A stretch of DNA of 64,000 bases, taken from assembly GCA_014905635.1 (NCBI GenBank), contig JABVCE010000007.1, positions 868,001 through 932,000 on the forward strand, read 5' to 3'. The notes below the pieces were generated by a model, which saw nothing but the letters and a program-made list of their open reading frames with translations, did not search any database and was not told the DNA's origin. The translations under genes were made by a program, and so were the position numbers. The DNA is from Scenedesmus sp. PABB004 (Eukaryota). Shown here piece by piece: positions 30,951-47,053 of the stretch (the first letter of the stretch is position 1; every line of letters begins with the position of its first letter).

Positions 30951-33900
30951 ATGAACCAGTACCAGTGAGCGGCGGCGGGCCCGCGGCGAGCAGCAGCAGC
31001 TGGCGCCGCCGTTTCGAGCGGCGCGCGGGCGCTGCGGCGCGGCGCGGCGCCGCCGCCCGCCCACGGCGCGCCTCTCGGGCCGCCCCTGTCCGCCGCAGCA
31101 TCTACGAGAAGATCGGCAAGGGCAAGCACAGCGTTGTGTACAAGGGCCGCAAGAAGAAGACCATTCAGTACCATGCCATCAAGTCGGTCGACAAGAGCCA
31201 GAAGGCGCGCGTGCTGCAGGAGGTGAGGGCCGGCAGCGCAGCGGCGGCGGCGGCGGCTGCGCGGCGGCTGCACGGCGGCAGGCGTGCCGGCGGTCCGGGT
31301 GCGCAGCACGCCGCCGCATCGCGACCGCCGCCGCCGCCGCTGCGCAGGTGCGCACCATGCACGCGCTGGACCACAAGAACATCCTCAAGTTCTACGCCTG
31401 GTGCGGCGGCGCGCTCTGGCTGGCCGGGCGGCGCGCGGCAGCCGCGCAGGCTGCAGCGGGGTCGGGCCGCGCGGCGCCGGGTCGCGAGGGCCCACGCGCT
31501 GCCGTCGCCACCGTGCCGGCGCAGGTACGAGACGACCAACCACCTCTGGCTCATCCTGGAGTACTGCGTCGGCGGCGACCTCATGTCGCTGCTGCGCCAG
31601 GTGCGGCGGCGACGCGCGAGGCCGGCGGTGGACGGGCGGGCACCGGCCGGCGGCCCGCTCGGGGGCGGCGGCGGCGGCGGTTGCGGTGGGGGCCGCCGCG
31701 TCGCGAGCGAGCAGCGGTCGCGGGGAGCGCACGCGGCCGCGGGCGCGCGGCGCGGGGCCGGGCGCAGGCGCCGCCGACGCGCGCCTGCGCGCCGCGCTGC
31801 GCCGCGCAGGACGTGCGGCTGCCCGAGTCGAGCGTGCACGACTTTGCGCGCGACCTGGTGGTCGCGCTGCAGTTCCTGCACGCCGCGGGCATCATCTACT
31901 GCGACGTCAAGCCCAGCAACGTGCTGCTCGATGAGAACGGGCGGCTCAAGCTCGGCGGCTTTGGGCTCAGCCGCCGCCTAAGCGACATCAACCGCAACCC
32001 GGTCACCAACCTGCCGCCGGTGCGGGCCGGGCGCGCGCGCTTGCTTGCGCGGGCGGGCGGCTGGGCGGGTGGCTGGCAGGCGGAGGGCCGAGGGCGAGGG
32101 CGCCGGGCCGGGCACGCGGCCGCGGCGGGCGCGCGCCGACGGGCGGGCGCCGCCGCCGCGGGCGCCGCAGGCCAAGCGCGGCACGCCCTGCTACATGGCG
32201 CCGGAGCTGTTCTCGGAGGGCGCGACGCACTCGACGGCGAGCGACCTCTGGTGCGCGGCGGGCCCCGGCCGGCCTCGCGTGCGCCGGCGAGCGGCGGCGG
32301 GGCGCGCCCGCGCGCCGCCGGCGTCACGCCCGCGCCCGGCCACGCGCCCGCGCGCAGGTCGCTCGGCTGCGTGCTGTACGAGTGCACCACGGGGCGGCCG
32401 CCGTTCATGGACAGCTCGTTCAACCAGCTGGCGCACGACATCCTCAACGTCGACCCCACGCCCATCCCGGGTGCGCGACCCGCGAACCGGGCACGGCACG
32501 CGCGCCACCGCGCCGGCCTCGCGCGGGGCGCCCGATTCGACGCGCGCGCCGCCCGGACGCCGCCGCCGCCGCGCCGCGCCGCGCCAGGCGCGTCGCCGGA
32601 GTTCAGCCACCTGCTGTTCCGGCTGCTCGACAAAAACCCAGCGACGCGCATCAAGTGGCCGGTGCGCGCCGCGGCAGCCGCTGCTGCTGCGGCCGCCGGC
32701 GCCCGCCCGGGGCGCGCGCCGTGCGGCGGACGCGCCGCGCCCGAGCCCGCCGCGCCCGCCGCGCCCGGCGGCCGCGCAGGAGCTGGTGCAGCACCCCTTT
32801 TGGCAGAGCCGGCTGCAGCTGCTGGAGCTGCCGCCGGAGCCGGCGCTCGACGCGTTCATCGCGGCGCACCGCCTCGCGCCCAGCGGCCGCGACGACGAGG
32901 CGGCGGCCAGCCAGGTGCCCACCCGCCCGCGCACGCGACGCGCCGTGCACTCCGCGCCGCGCGCTCCGCGCCGCGCCGACGGTCCTGCTGCCCGCGTCCG
33001 CGCAGGCGGTGCGGTCGCTGCGGGAGAGCGTCGACGTCACGCGGCTGTCGCGCATCGCTGCGAGCAACCTGGAGCGCGGCGACGGCGCGGCCGACTACAC
33101 CGCCGCGCAGCCCGCGCCCGCGGGCGGCGACATCACCATCGACTCGGCAGACGCGGAGCTCGACTTTGAGGAGACCGCCGACGAGGGTGCGCGCCCGCCC
33201 GCCGCCGGCGCCCGCCCGCCGCTGGCTCCCGCCCGCCGCTGGCTCCCGCCCGCCGCCGCCGCTGGAAGCGCGCGGCGCTGCCGCTGCGCCGCCGACCGCG
33301 CGCCGCACCGCGCTGTGCGCGCCCAGGCGCTGGCGAGGAGGACATTGCTGCGCTGCCCTCCGCGGCGCTCGACGAGGGCAGCCAGATCGACTCGAGCGGC
33401 CGCGGCGCGGCGGACAGCACGGTGCGCGTCGTGCAGTCACACGCGCGCCTCGCGGCCGAGGGCAGCGGCGGCGCGCGCGCGGTCGGCGCGCAGGCGACCG
33501 TCCCCGCGGCCGGCGGCGAGGGCGTCAGCGGCAGCCGAGGCAGCGGCGCCGACGCGGCCGCGGCGGCGCTGGGCGAGCTCGCGCTCGCCGGCGGCGCCGC
33601 CGCCAACGGCAGCGCGGCGCTCGCGGCCGCCGAGGCGGCGCTCGCGGGCGTGCAGCAGCACGCAGCGGCGCTCGCGGCGCGCGGCGGCGCGCGGCAGCCG
33701 TCGGCGCGGCGCTCCGCGGCGCTCGCGCTGCTGTGGCACCCCTCCGACTCGGCGGTCAAGCCCATCGTCGCGAACCGCCGCATCGAGCGCCTCCCCGAGG
33801 TGCACTGGGACGCCAAGTCGCTGCCGTTTGAGCCGCTGAGCCTCGCCGCGATGCTCGAGTGCGACCAGGCCGAGCTGGAGTCCTTCCTGACACACGTGTA

Positions 33901-34855
33901 CCGCACCATTGCCTCCAGCGCGCCGGTCAAGGACAAGGTCAACGTGCTGAGCTACTTTGAGAGCCTCTGCGGCGACACGTCGGCCGCCAACGTGCTCATC
34001 AACAGCAGCCTGACCGTGCTCTTCGTGCGCATGCTGCGCGCGGGCAAGATGCCGCTCCTGCGCATCCGCCTCGCGAGCGTGCTCGGCCTGCTCGTGCGCC
34101 ACGCGACGTACATTGCCGACGAGCTCGCCGGCACGGGCCTGGTCGAGATCCTCACAGAGGCGCTGCGCGACAAGAACGAGCGTGTGCGCCGCAGGTGCGG
34201 CGGCAGCGCACGCGCGCGCGGCCGCGGCGGGCTCGCGCCGCCGGGGCGGCGGCCGCGCCGCCAGCAGCGCGGCGCCGCCGGCCGCGGCCCGCCGCCGACG
34301 CGCGCGGTCCCTCCCCGCCGCCGCGCGCCGCGCAGGGTGATGGCCACGCTGGGCGAGCTGCTGTTCTACGTCGCGACGCAGCAGCAGGACAGCGGCGCGG
34401 CGAGCGTCGCCGACACGTCGGCGGCGTGGGGCATCTCGCCCGGCACCGTCGCGGCGGTCTGCCGCCTGCTGCGCCCGGGCGAGGATGAGGTGGTGCAGCA
34501 CTACGCCGCCAAGACGGTCGAAAACATCGCCAGCCAGGGCGGCGAGTGGGCGGCCAAGTTCGCGGTGCAGGTGCGGCGGCGGCCGCGGCGGCGGCGGTGG
34601 CGACGGTGGTTGCATGCGGGCGCCTGCTGCGGCGCGGCGCGGCGCGGCCGTTGGGCCTCCCTTGGACCCTGGCCCCCGCCGCGCCGGCGCCGCGCAGGAC
34701 GCGGTCGTGGGGCTGGTGGGCATCCTGGGGAACTCCAAGGCGGAGAACGTCAAGGCCACCGCCGCGTCGACGCTCAGCCGGCTGCTGCGCAGCAGCCCGG
34801 GCCTGCTGCGCGGCGTGCTGGAGCGGTGGGGCCCAAACCTCCTGATCACGGGTGC

Positions 34856-34891
<36 letters not shown>

Positions 34892-36536
34892 TCACTGCGC
34901 CTGCGCTGCGTCGCCGCCGCCGCGTGCGCCGCCGCCGCCGCCGCCGCGTGCGCCGACCGCCCCCGCCGCCGCCCCGCGCCGCGCGCCAGGCCTGTCGGAC
35001 AGCAGCAGCAAGGTCCAGATCGCCTCGCTCAACATGCTCAACCAGGCACTCGCCAGCGACGAGCTCGCGCCGCGCCTGGGCAGCCTGCTTGCGCAGGTGC
35101 GTGTGGCCCATACGGCCGGCGCCGGCGCCGCGGGGCGGCGGCGCGGCTCAGGCATGCTGACCCGCTCCGTGCGCGCGCCGCCGCCGCAGGAGGCGGGGCT
35201 GCTGCCGGCCGTGCTGCGGCTGCTGGACCACAGCCTGCCGCTGCTGCGCGCCAAGGCCATACTCTGCACAGTGCTGCTCTGCAGGCGCGCCCAGGGCGCG
35301 GCTCTAGAGGCGTGCCAGCGGCGGAGCACGCGCGCGCGCTCACCGCCCGGCGCCCGCCGCCGCCGTGCGCAGGCTGCCGCCGCCCTGGCTGCTGGAGTGC
35401 TGCCAGCAGAAGCTGCTGTCGCACATGGACCGCCTCATGCGCGACCGCGACACCTACACCCAGGTGCGGGCCAGGGCGGGGCAGGGCAGGGCTGAACACG
35501 CAGCAGGGGGGCCCCGCGGCCCGACCGCCGCGTGCCGTGCCAGACCGCGCGCGCGGCTGACGCGGCGCCTTGGGACGCCGCCGCAGGACGCGGCCGCGCT
35601 GCTGCGGGCGGAGATGGCGCAGGCCGTGCGCGACGTCTGCGCGGGCGTCGCGGCGGCGCTCGCGGCGCTCGGGCGGGGCGGCGGCCCGCCGCGGCGCGCC
35701 GACGCGTCGGCGCTGGAGCAGCTGCAGGTGCTGCTGCACCTCCTGGCGCCGGTGTTCTTCCGGACGTCGATCGTCGACGCGGAGCTGGTGGGGACGCTCG
35801 CCGGCTTCCTGCGCGCGCTGCCGCCCGACGGCGGCGCCGACGCGGGCGAGGCGGGCCCGCTGCCAGAGTTCCGCAACACGCTGCTCGCGGTGCTCGAGTC
35901 GCTCAGCCAGGTGCGCGTGCGTGCACGCGCTCCCGCGCACGACGCGCCGCCGCACGCGGCCACGCGGCCCCTGACGCCGCCTTGCATCGCGCTGCCCGGC
36001 CTCTCTCTCCCGGCGCCACCACAGCAGCCGGAGCTCATGGCGGCGTACCCGGCCGCCTTCATGGGCAGCCTCATGCCCGCGCTCTGCGACGCCATCGCCG
36101 CGCCCGGCACGCACAGCGACACGCGCTTCTTCTGCCTCCGCATGATGTCGGGTGCGCGGCACGCGCGGCGCGTGCGGCGCGCGGCGCGCGGCGCGCGGCG
36201 CGCGGCGCGCGGCGGCTGCCGCGCCGGCCAGGGCGGGGGGCGCCTGCCGCCCGGCGCGCGCCCGCTGCCGCCCACCCGCCGCCCACCGGCGATCGCCGCG
36301 CGCAGACATGCTGGCGGTGTATTTGACCGACCCGGACATGCAGCAGCAGCAGCAGCAGCGCCAGTCGCCGCCGCGGCAGCCGGGCGGCGGCGGCGGCGGC
36401 GCGCCGGGCGGCGGCGCGGCGGCGCTCGACGCGCTGCTGCGCGCGCACGTCGTGCCGCTCGTGCCGGTGCTGCTGGAGCAGGAGGAGCCGATGCCCCTCT
36501 ACGCCCTCAAGGCGCGCTTGAAGCGCCAGCGCGCGC

Positions 36537-36567
<31 letters not shown>

Positions 36568-37649
36568 GCCGTGCGTGCGCCCCCGCCCCGCCGGCGCCCA
36601 CGCGCCTGCGCGCCCCCGCGCCGTGCCCACGTCCCCGCGCAGCTGCTGGGCGGCATCCTCGACGTGAGCCCCGGCTACGTGGCCGTCGTGGAGGCGCTGC
36701 GCCTCACGCCGCGCTTCTTTGACTTCCTCACGCTCGAGCACCCCAACAACAACGTCCACAACATCCGCCTCTGCCGCCACCTCGTCCTCGCCGGCAGCCT
36801 GCCGCCGCGGCAGCTCGACGCGCTCGGCGCCGCCGACAAGGCGCGCGCGGCGCCGCCGCGCGCGCGCGGGCGGGCGCGGCGCGTCTTTGACTCCCTCCCT
36901 CGGCCCCCCGCGCTCACGTCCCGGCGCCGCCCGCCCGCCCGCCCGCCCGCCCGCCGCGGCCCGCGTGTGTGGCCCGCAATCGCGCAGGTGGTCACGGTGT
37001 TGGTCTACGCGCAGCAGAACAACGTGGAGCCGTTCCTGGAGCCGGTGCTGCAGCTTGCCGACGCGGTCATGGCGCGCGACGCGGCGGGCGGCGGCGGCGG
37101 CGGCGGCGGGGGCGGGCAGGGCGCGCTCGTGCGGCCGTTCCTCGCGCAGCTGCCCTGCCTCCTCGACCTCTGCACCCACCCGGACGCGGGCGTCGCCGCG
37201 GCGGCGGCGCAGTGCCTCGCGCAGCTGGTGCGCCGCGGCGGGCGCGCGCCGCGGGGCGGCGGGGCCGTGCTGCCGCGGCGGGTGCGGCTGACGCTGCTGA
37301 CGCCGCGCGCGCACGTGGGCACGTGGGCACACAGGTCGCGCTCTTCCCCGGCGACACGGCGGGCTGGCTGCTCTCCAGCGACGGCGCGGCCATCCTCGCG
37401 GCGGCGCTGCAGGGCCTGCACCTCGAGGGCGCCGCGCCGCCGCCGCCGGCGCTGCAGGCGGCGCTGCTCGCCGCCGTCAACACCGCGCTCGCCTCGCCCG
37501 CGGCGCCGTCGCTGTGCGCGAGCTCGGCGGAGCTCGGCCAGCTGCTCGCCGTGCTGCGCGCGCTGGGCATGTCGTCGGAGGACGCGGGCGTCGCGTCGGC
37601 CGCCGCCGAGGCGGCGCAGCGCCTCGGCGCCGCGCACGACAGCCTCTGA
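30951..37649 (+). CDS. ULK4: ULK4/RUNKEL (pseudo)kinase with C-terminal HEAT/ARM repeats; many exons
   Basis: MNQYHIYEKIGKGKHSVVYKGRKKKTIQY.AIKSVDKSQK...YETTNHLWLILEYCVGGDL...YCDVKPSN...KRGTPCYMAPELF; LWHPSDSAVKPIV; KVNVLSYFE; MATLGELLFYVATQ. Confidence 0.93.
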
Positions 37650-37946
37650 CGCGCGCGCCGGGGTGGCGGGCGCGGCGCGGCGAGGGGGCAGCTGCTGCGC
37701 CAGCGCCCGCCGCCGCGAGGCGGCGGGGCGCTGCGGCGCGGCGCGGCGCGGGCGTCGGGCGCGCGCGCGGTCGGTCGGGCGGCCGGCAACTCGCGTTCAC
37801 ACAACAGCTCGCGCGCGGGCCCCGCGGCAACCGCCCTGCAGCCAGCATTCTGCACGCACGCCGCCGCCGTCAAGCAAAGCCCGCCGCGCGGCAGCCTCGC
37901 CCCCCCCCCCCCCCCCCCCGCAACTGCCGTGCAGCCGCAGAGCGCT

Positions 37947-39846
37947 CTAGCCGCCCTCGGGCGCGGCCGCGGCCGCGCCGCCGGGGCGGTCGGGGCCCTT
38001 TGACCACAGCGCGGAGCCGGGCGCGGGCACAGAGCCGGGGAACGGCGCGACGGGGCCTGCGCGGCAGGCGGGGCGGGTGTCGGCGCGCTGCCGCCGCCAC
38101 GTGCGGCGCGGCGCAGCGTGCCGCCGCGGCTCACCGATGTGTTGGCCGCCGCCGTCGGGCCCGCCGCCCGGCGCCGCGGGGGGCGCCGCGTGCGCGACGC
38201 TCGCGGGCGTGCCCGGCGCGCCCGGCTCGCCTGCCGCGCCCGCGCCCTGCACCACAAATCGCTCGCCGCCGCCGGCAGCCGGGTCGGCAGCGGCGGGCGG
38301 CGCCTGGCGATCCGCGAGCGCGCGCCGAATGGCCCCCAGCACGCCGCTGCCGCCGCCGGCCTCGTCCACGCCGCGCGCCTCGGGCTCGGCGGCTGCCGCG
38401 CCAGGGCTGGTGGGCAGCGCGGCCGGCGGCCCTCCGCCGCCCAGGGGGCCTGCCCCCTGCTCCTCCCTCTCGCTCGCGGCGCCGCCCTCGCGCGCCGCGG
38501 CCGCGGCAAACGCGGCGCGCCCGCTCGCCGCCGCCGCCGCCGCCTCGACAAAGGTGGGGCTGCTGCAGAGGTCGAGGCTGCCGCCGGGGCCGCTGAGCGA
38601 GTCCTCCTCCTGCTCCAGCTCGACCGGAGGTGCCTCCGGTGCCGCCGGGTCGTCGGGCGCCGCATCCGCCGGCGCCGCCGCCGCGGCGCCGGCGAGCGCG
38701 GGCGGCGCGGCGCAGCGCGGCGACGCCGCCACGGCCGGCGCGCGGCCGAGGACCTCGGAGCCGGGCACGATGTCCACCGAGACCTCGTAGCCGCCGACGG
38801 CCGAGCTCGGCCGCAGCTCAGGGACCATCCCCGGCGGCACGGCCCACGCCTCGGCCGCGGCCGCGGCGCTGCCGGCCGCGTCGGCGAGCAGCGCCTTGAT
38901 GCGCGCGGCGCCGCCGGCGAGCCAGCGGAGCAGGTCGTCGAGCGCCTCCGCGTCCGCCTCAAACGCCAGCAGCTCGTCCGCCGCCGCGGCAGACTCCTCG
39001 AGCAGCGCCGCGTGCTCCGGGCCGCCGCCCGCCACGAGCAGCACGCGCGGCGCGCCGGGCGCGGCGCCGTCACCGTCGCCGTCGCCGCCGGCGGCGCCAG
39101 TGGGGGCCTGCGCGTGCGCCGCCGCGACGCGCGACGCGCGCTCCACCAGGCGGCGCCGGCCCGCGTCGTACGCCAGCCGGCGCGCCTCGAGCGCGGGCAG
39201 CTGGTCCTGCGGGCCGAGCGGCCGGGGCGGCGCGGGGCTCGCTCGTGCGCGCGGGCTCGCCCGCGCGTGCCGCCGGCAGGCCGCTGGCGCGCGCGCGCCA
39301 CGCGCGGCAGGGCCCGCACCTTGGCAACCTCGAGTGCGAGCAGCCACTGCTCCAGCGGTCCCAGGAGCTCGCGGCGGAAGGCCCAGCCCACGGCGCGCGG
39401 CACGGCGTCGGACAGGGCGGCCTGGACCTCTGCGTCGTAGTAGGCAGCGTGCTGCGCTGGCACCGCCAGCTGCGCGGGCGCGGCCGGCTCGCGCGCGTCG
39501 GGCTGCACCCACGGCCGCGGCAGCGGCGCGCGCGACGCGAGCGCCACCGTGGCGGCCAGCCAGGCGTCCGTGTCGGCGGCGAACGACCGCACCGCGCGCA
39601 GCAGGGCCTCGAGCGGGGGAGCGAAGGATGCCAGCTCCGCCAGCGTGGCGCTCTGGGCGCCCAGGTCGCTCGGGACGAAGCGCTCCTCGCCCACGCCGAG
39701 CGCCTGCCGCGCCTGCGACCAGAGAGAGAGCGGGAGCCTCTGCGGGGCCCCTGCCGCCGTGCCGCGCGGCGAGCGGGCCGCGGCGCGCTGCCGCGCGGTC
39801 CGGGCTGCTTCCACGCGGCCCTCACCCGCTCAGCGAGCGCCTCCAT
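37947..39846 (-). CDS. Putative BAR-domain-like helical protein with a disordered C-terminus
   Basis: Spliced helices LEALLRAVRSFAADTDAWL...ELLGPLEQWLLALEVAK-DQLPALEARRLAYDAGRRR resemble the BAR 'l.Pl..w...RRLDYD' pattern. Confidence 0.5.
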
Positions 39847-40046
39847 GCCGCGTGGCCTCCGCGGACGAGAAGTGAGCGCGCCTTGCGGCGGCGCCGCTGA
39901 TGACGTGTTCGCGGCTTCGAGCCGCGATTGATCGATGTCGCGCGCGCGCGCTCGCGTGGGCGCTGCCACTGGCGGTCTGGCGGTCTGGCAGAGCGGGCGC
40001 GGACGCGGACCGGCAGCGGCGGCGCTCGTTGAACCGCGGCACACCG

Positions 40047-41854
40047 TCACGCCGGCGCGGCGCCCGCCGCCGCCTGGAACGCCTCGTGCAGCGCGACCAC
40101 GCGCGCCACCAGCCGCTCCTCGATGTGCGGCTCGTCCGCGGGGCGCAGCACCTCGATCACGTCCACGCCGCTCGCGCCGCCGCCGCCGCTCGCGTCGCCG
40201 GCGCCCGGCTGCACGATGAGCACCCGGTCCTTGCGCGTGTGCAGCAGGTTGGCCACGACGGCGTGCACGCTGTACCTGCCGGGGCGGTGCGCGGCCCAGC
40301 GTCAGGGCGGGGCGGTCGGCCGCGGGCACAGCCGGGCCGCCCGGGCGGCGGGGCGCGCGCCGCGGGCGCCCGCACCTGCTCAGCGCGCCCGCGGCCTGGC
40401 GGGCGGGGCGGCGACGGCGGCGGCGGCGACGGCGGCGTCAGGCCGCCCGCCCCGAGGCGCGCCATGCGCCCGGCCCCGCCGCGCGCGCCGCGCGCGCTGG
40501 GCTGCGCTGGCCCAGTGCAGTGCGGGGCGGGGCGGGCCAGCCGACCGCGCGGCAGGCTGGACTCTGTGGGTCACCTTTTTGACGAGTATCGTCTCGTCCG
40601 TCTCCAGCTTGAAGCTCACCACAAACGCGCGCGGCGCCCACTCGTGCCGCAGGCAGCGCAGCATCTTGGGCACCTGCGCGGCCGGGGCGGCCGCGGCGGC
40701 GCGCTCGGCCCGCGGCGGCGCGCTCGCGGCCCGCGGCGCCGCGCGGGCGCGTCCCACCTTCTGCAGCCGCAGCACCAGCGGGCCGTCGGAGCTCTGGATT
40801 TTGTGCTCCACCTGCGCGGCGGCGGCGCGGCGGCCGCACGGCTCGGCGGCCGCGCGCCCGCCGCGCCAGGCCGCGCGGCGCGCCCGCGCCGCCCGCCCGC
40901 CCGCCAGCGCGGCGCGGCGCGCACGAGCTGCGACCAGGGCAGGTAAAAGTCTGACACCGCCGCCGCGAGGTAAAAGGCGACCTGGGGCCCAAACGGCGCC
41001 GCGGCGCGCGCGATGGCGCGCAGGCACTGCGGCGGACGCGGCGGCGGCGGCGCGTGGGCGGGGGCGCGGCGGCGCGGGCCCGCGGGCGCGGCCGGCGGGG
41101 CTGCTGCGGCGAGCGCGGCCGCGGCGCGCGGTGTGGCGCGGTGCGGCCAACGTGCGGCGCGTGCGCACCTGCAGGTACTCAAAGATGCTTGTGAAGGGTA
41201 TGGTGAGCAGCAGGTTCGACTCCTGCACCTCCCTGACCTGGCACAGCACGCCCGCGACGCGGCTGGCGACGTCGGGGCGCAGCGTGCACGGCGCGACCCC
41301 GCCCCCATCGCCGCCGCCGCCGCCGCCGCTGCGCTGCAGCGTGAGCAGGCTCTGCAGCAGCGGCACCGTCTCGGTGAGCGGCAGGTCCTGCGTGAAGGGC
41401 TGTATGCTGCCGGTGCGCGTGAGGAAGACAACGGCGTAGCCCGCCTGGCGGCGGCGGGCAGCGGCGGGCGCGCGGCCGGCGGCGGCGGCGGCGGCGGCGG
41501 CAGCGGGCGGTCGGTCGCCGGCGCCCGGCGCACCACACGAGCGGAGCCGCGATCGGCGCGGGGCGCTCGGGGGCCGGGCGGCGGCCGCACCTCGAGGAAC
41601 TCCTCCGTCGACATCGCGCCGCGCGTGCCGGCGCTAAAGTTGTCGATGAAGCGCACGCAGTTGCGCTCCAGCGGCACGGTGGTGCCCCCCGACGTCACGC
41701 ACGCCACGGGCCGCTCCAGGCGGCCGTCGGGGCCCGCGTGGCGCGCGAAGAAGGCGGCGAGCGCCGCGTCGGTCCCGCTGTCGCCGCCGGGGCAGTCGGC
41801 GAAGAAGGCGTCGGGGCTGGCCGCCTCCTCGCTCAGAGACGGCGCGCTCTCCAT
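40047..41854 (-). CDS. PPCS: Phosphopantothenate--cysteine ligase (CoaB/PPCS)
   Basis: [75 protein letters not shown]. Confidence 0.95.
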
Positions 41855-42716
41855 GGCGACCGGCGGCGCCAGGTGGGCGGGCTGCGCCGGTCGCCGCGCA
41901 AGGCGTGGGGCGCGCCGCTGCCGCTGCCGCCGCGCTGCCGGTGCCGGTGGCGTGGGTTGAGGCGGTCGTGGGGTTGGGGCCGGGCGGCTGACTGCGCACT
42001 GCCGCAGCACAACAAGCGGCCCCCTTCAGCCCGCGCCGCGGCGCGGACTCGCGACCGGCCGGTCGCCACGCCGCCCCGCGCGCCCGCGGACCCGTGCGCG
42101 CGCCGCCGGCGCCGAGCAGCGCACGCCGTGCGAAGGCGGCGATGCTCGCGTGGGCGCCGTGCGACCGCAGCGTAGACGACCGCGGCCCCCACGCGAGCAC
42201 CGCCGCCGCCGCACGCAGCGCGGCGCACGGCGCGCCGGCGATCGCCGCCGGTCTGCTGCTCTCTGCGGCCCCCCGGCCCGGCGCGGCGCGCGGGCGGCGC
42301 GGCGCGGCGCGCGGGGCAGCGGCGCGCGGCGCTGCTGTCGCCAGCACGCGGGCGCGGTGTCGCGCGGGGCGGCCGCCCCCCCCCCCAGCGGCGCCCTGCC
42401 TTCGTCCTGTCCTGCCGGCCCGGCGCGGCGGCGCGGGGTGCCGGCGCCGCTCGGCGGCAGCGGCTGCAGCGGCGGCGGCAGCGCCCTGGCGGCGGCGTCG
42501 GCGGCCAGCGAGTGGAGCGCGCGCGCCGCGGAGAGTGTGGAGGGCGCACGGCGGCAGCCTCGCGTCGATCGACGCCGGGCCTGCGCGCTGAACCCGCCCA
42601 TCGATCGAGGCCTGCCCGCGCGCGCGCGGCGGCCTCGCTCCTTTCCTCCCCCCGTTGACACGCACGCCACGTCCAGCTGAGGGGCTGGGAGCCGGCAGCG
42701 GCGCCCGCTGTCGCGT

Positions 42717-42780
42717 AAACAAAAAAAGGCCCCCCTTCGCCGACTCTTAGCTGAGGCTGGTGAAGGAGCCACCAAAAAAA
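42717..42780 (+). promoter_or_regulatory. A-rich tracts in the presumed PABP 5' UTR (candidate autoregulatory element)
   Basis: AAACAAAAAAA (42717-42727) and A7 (42774-42780) lie 70-130 nt upstream of the PABP ATG in a very GC-rich background. Confidence 0.55.
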
Positions 42781-42783
42781 TAG

Positions 42784-46495
<3,712 letters not shown>

Positions 46496-47053
46496 CGCGG
46501 GAGCGGTTCAGGGGGCCGGTTTCATGCGGCCCTGCCGCGCCGCGCGTGCGCGCGAGCGCGCGGGAGGGCGTCCTGCGGCTGGTCAATCTCGCTCTGCCCA
46601 CGGCCCAGCCCCGCGCCCGCACCACCCGCGCAGCCGTCAGTCGCCCCTTCTCCACGCGTCCAGCACGCTCGTGGTGCTCGCGCGCGCCCACAGCGGCCGA
46701 CTGCAGCGCCTGCGCTGCTCTCGCTCGCTGCCCGCGGCGGCGCGTGCGCGTGCGCGACGGGCGCCGCCTCTGGGTGCAGTATTGCAACCTGCACGGACTT
46801 TTGGGCGGGGTTGCGAGGCGATACGCGCCCAGCGGTTGGTTCGCTGTGCTAACAGCCTGCTGCGCCGCGCCCTGCGGCCGCCCCCGACCGCCGCCCGCTG
46901 CCCCCGCGCGCCACTCGACCGCCGCTCGCTCCCCGCCGCTCGCGAGCGTCCGCCGCGCCGCATGGGCGCGCGCAGCAGCGTCTGAGCCACACCGCAGCGC
47001 CCCCCGGGGCAGCGCCCCGCCAGGCGGCGCCCGGCGCAGCTCCGCTCGGCGCA

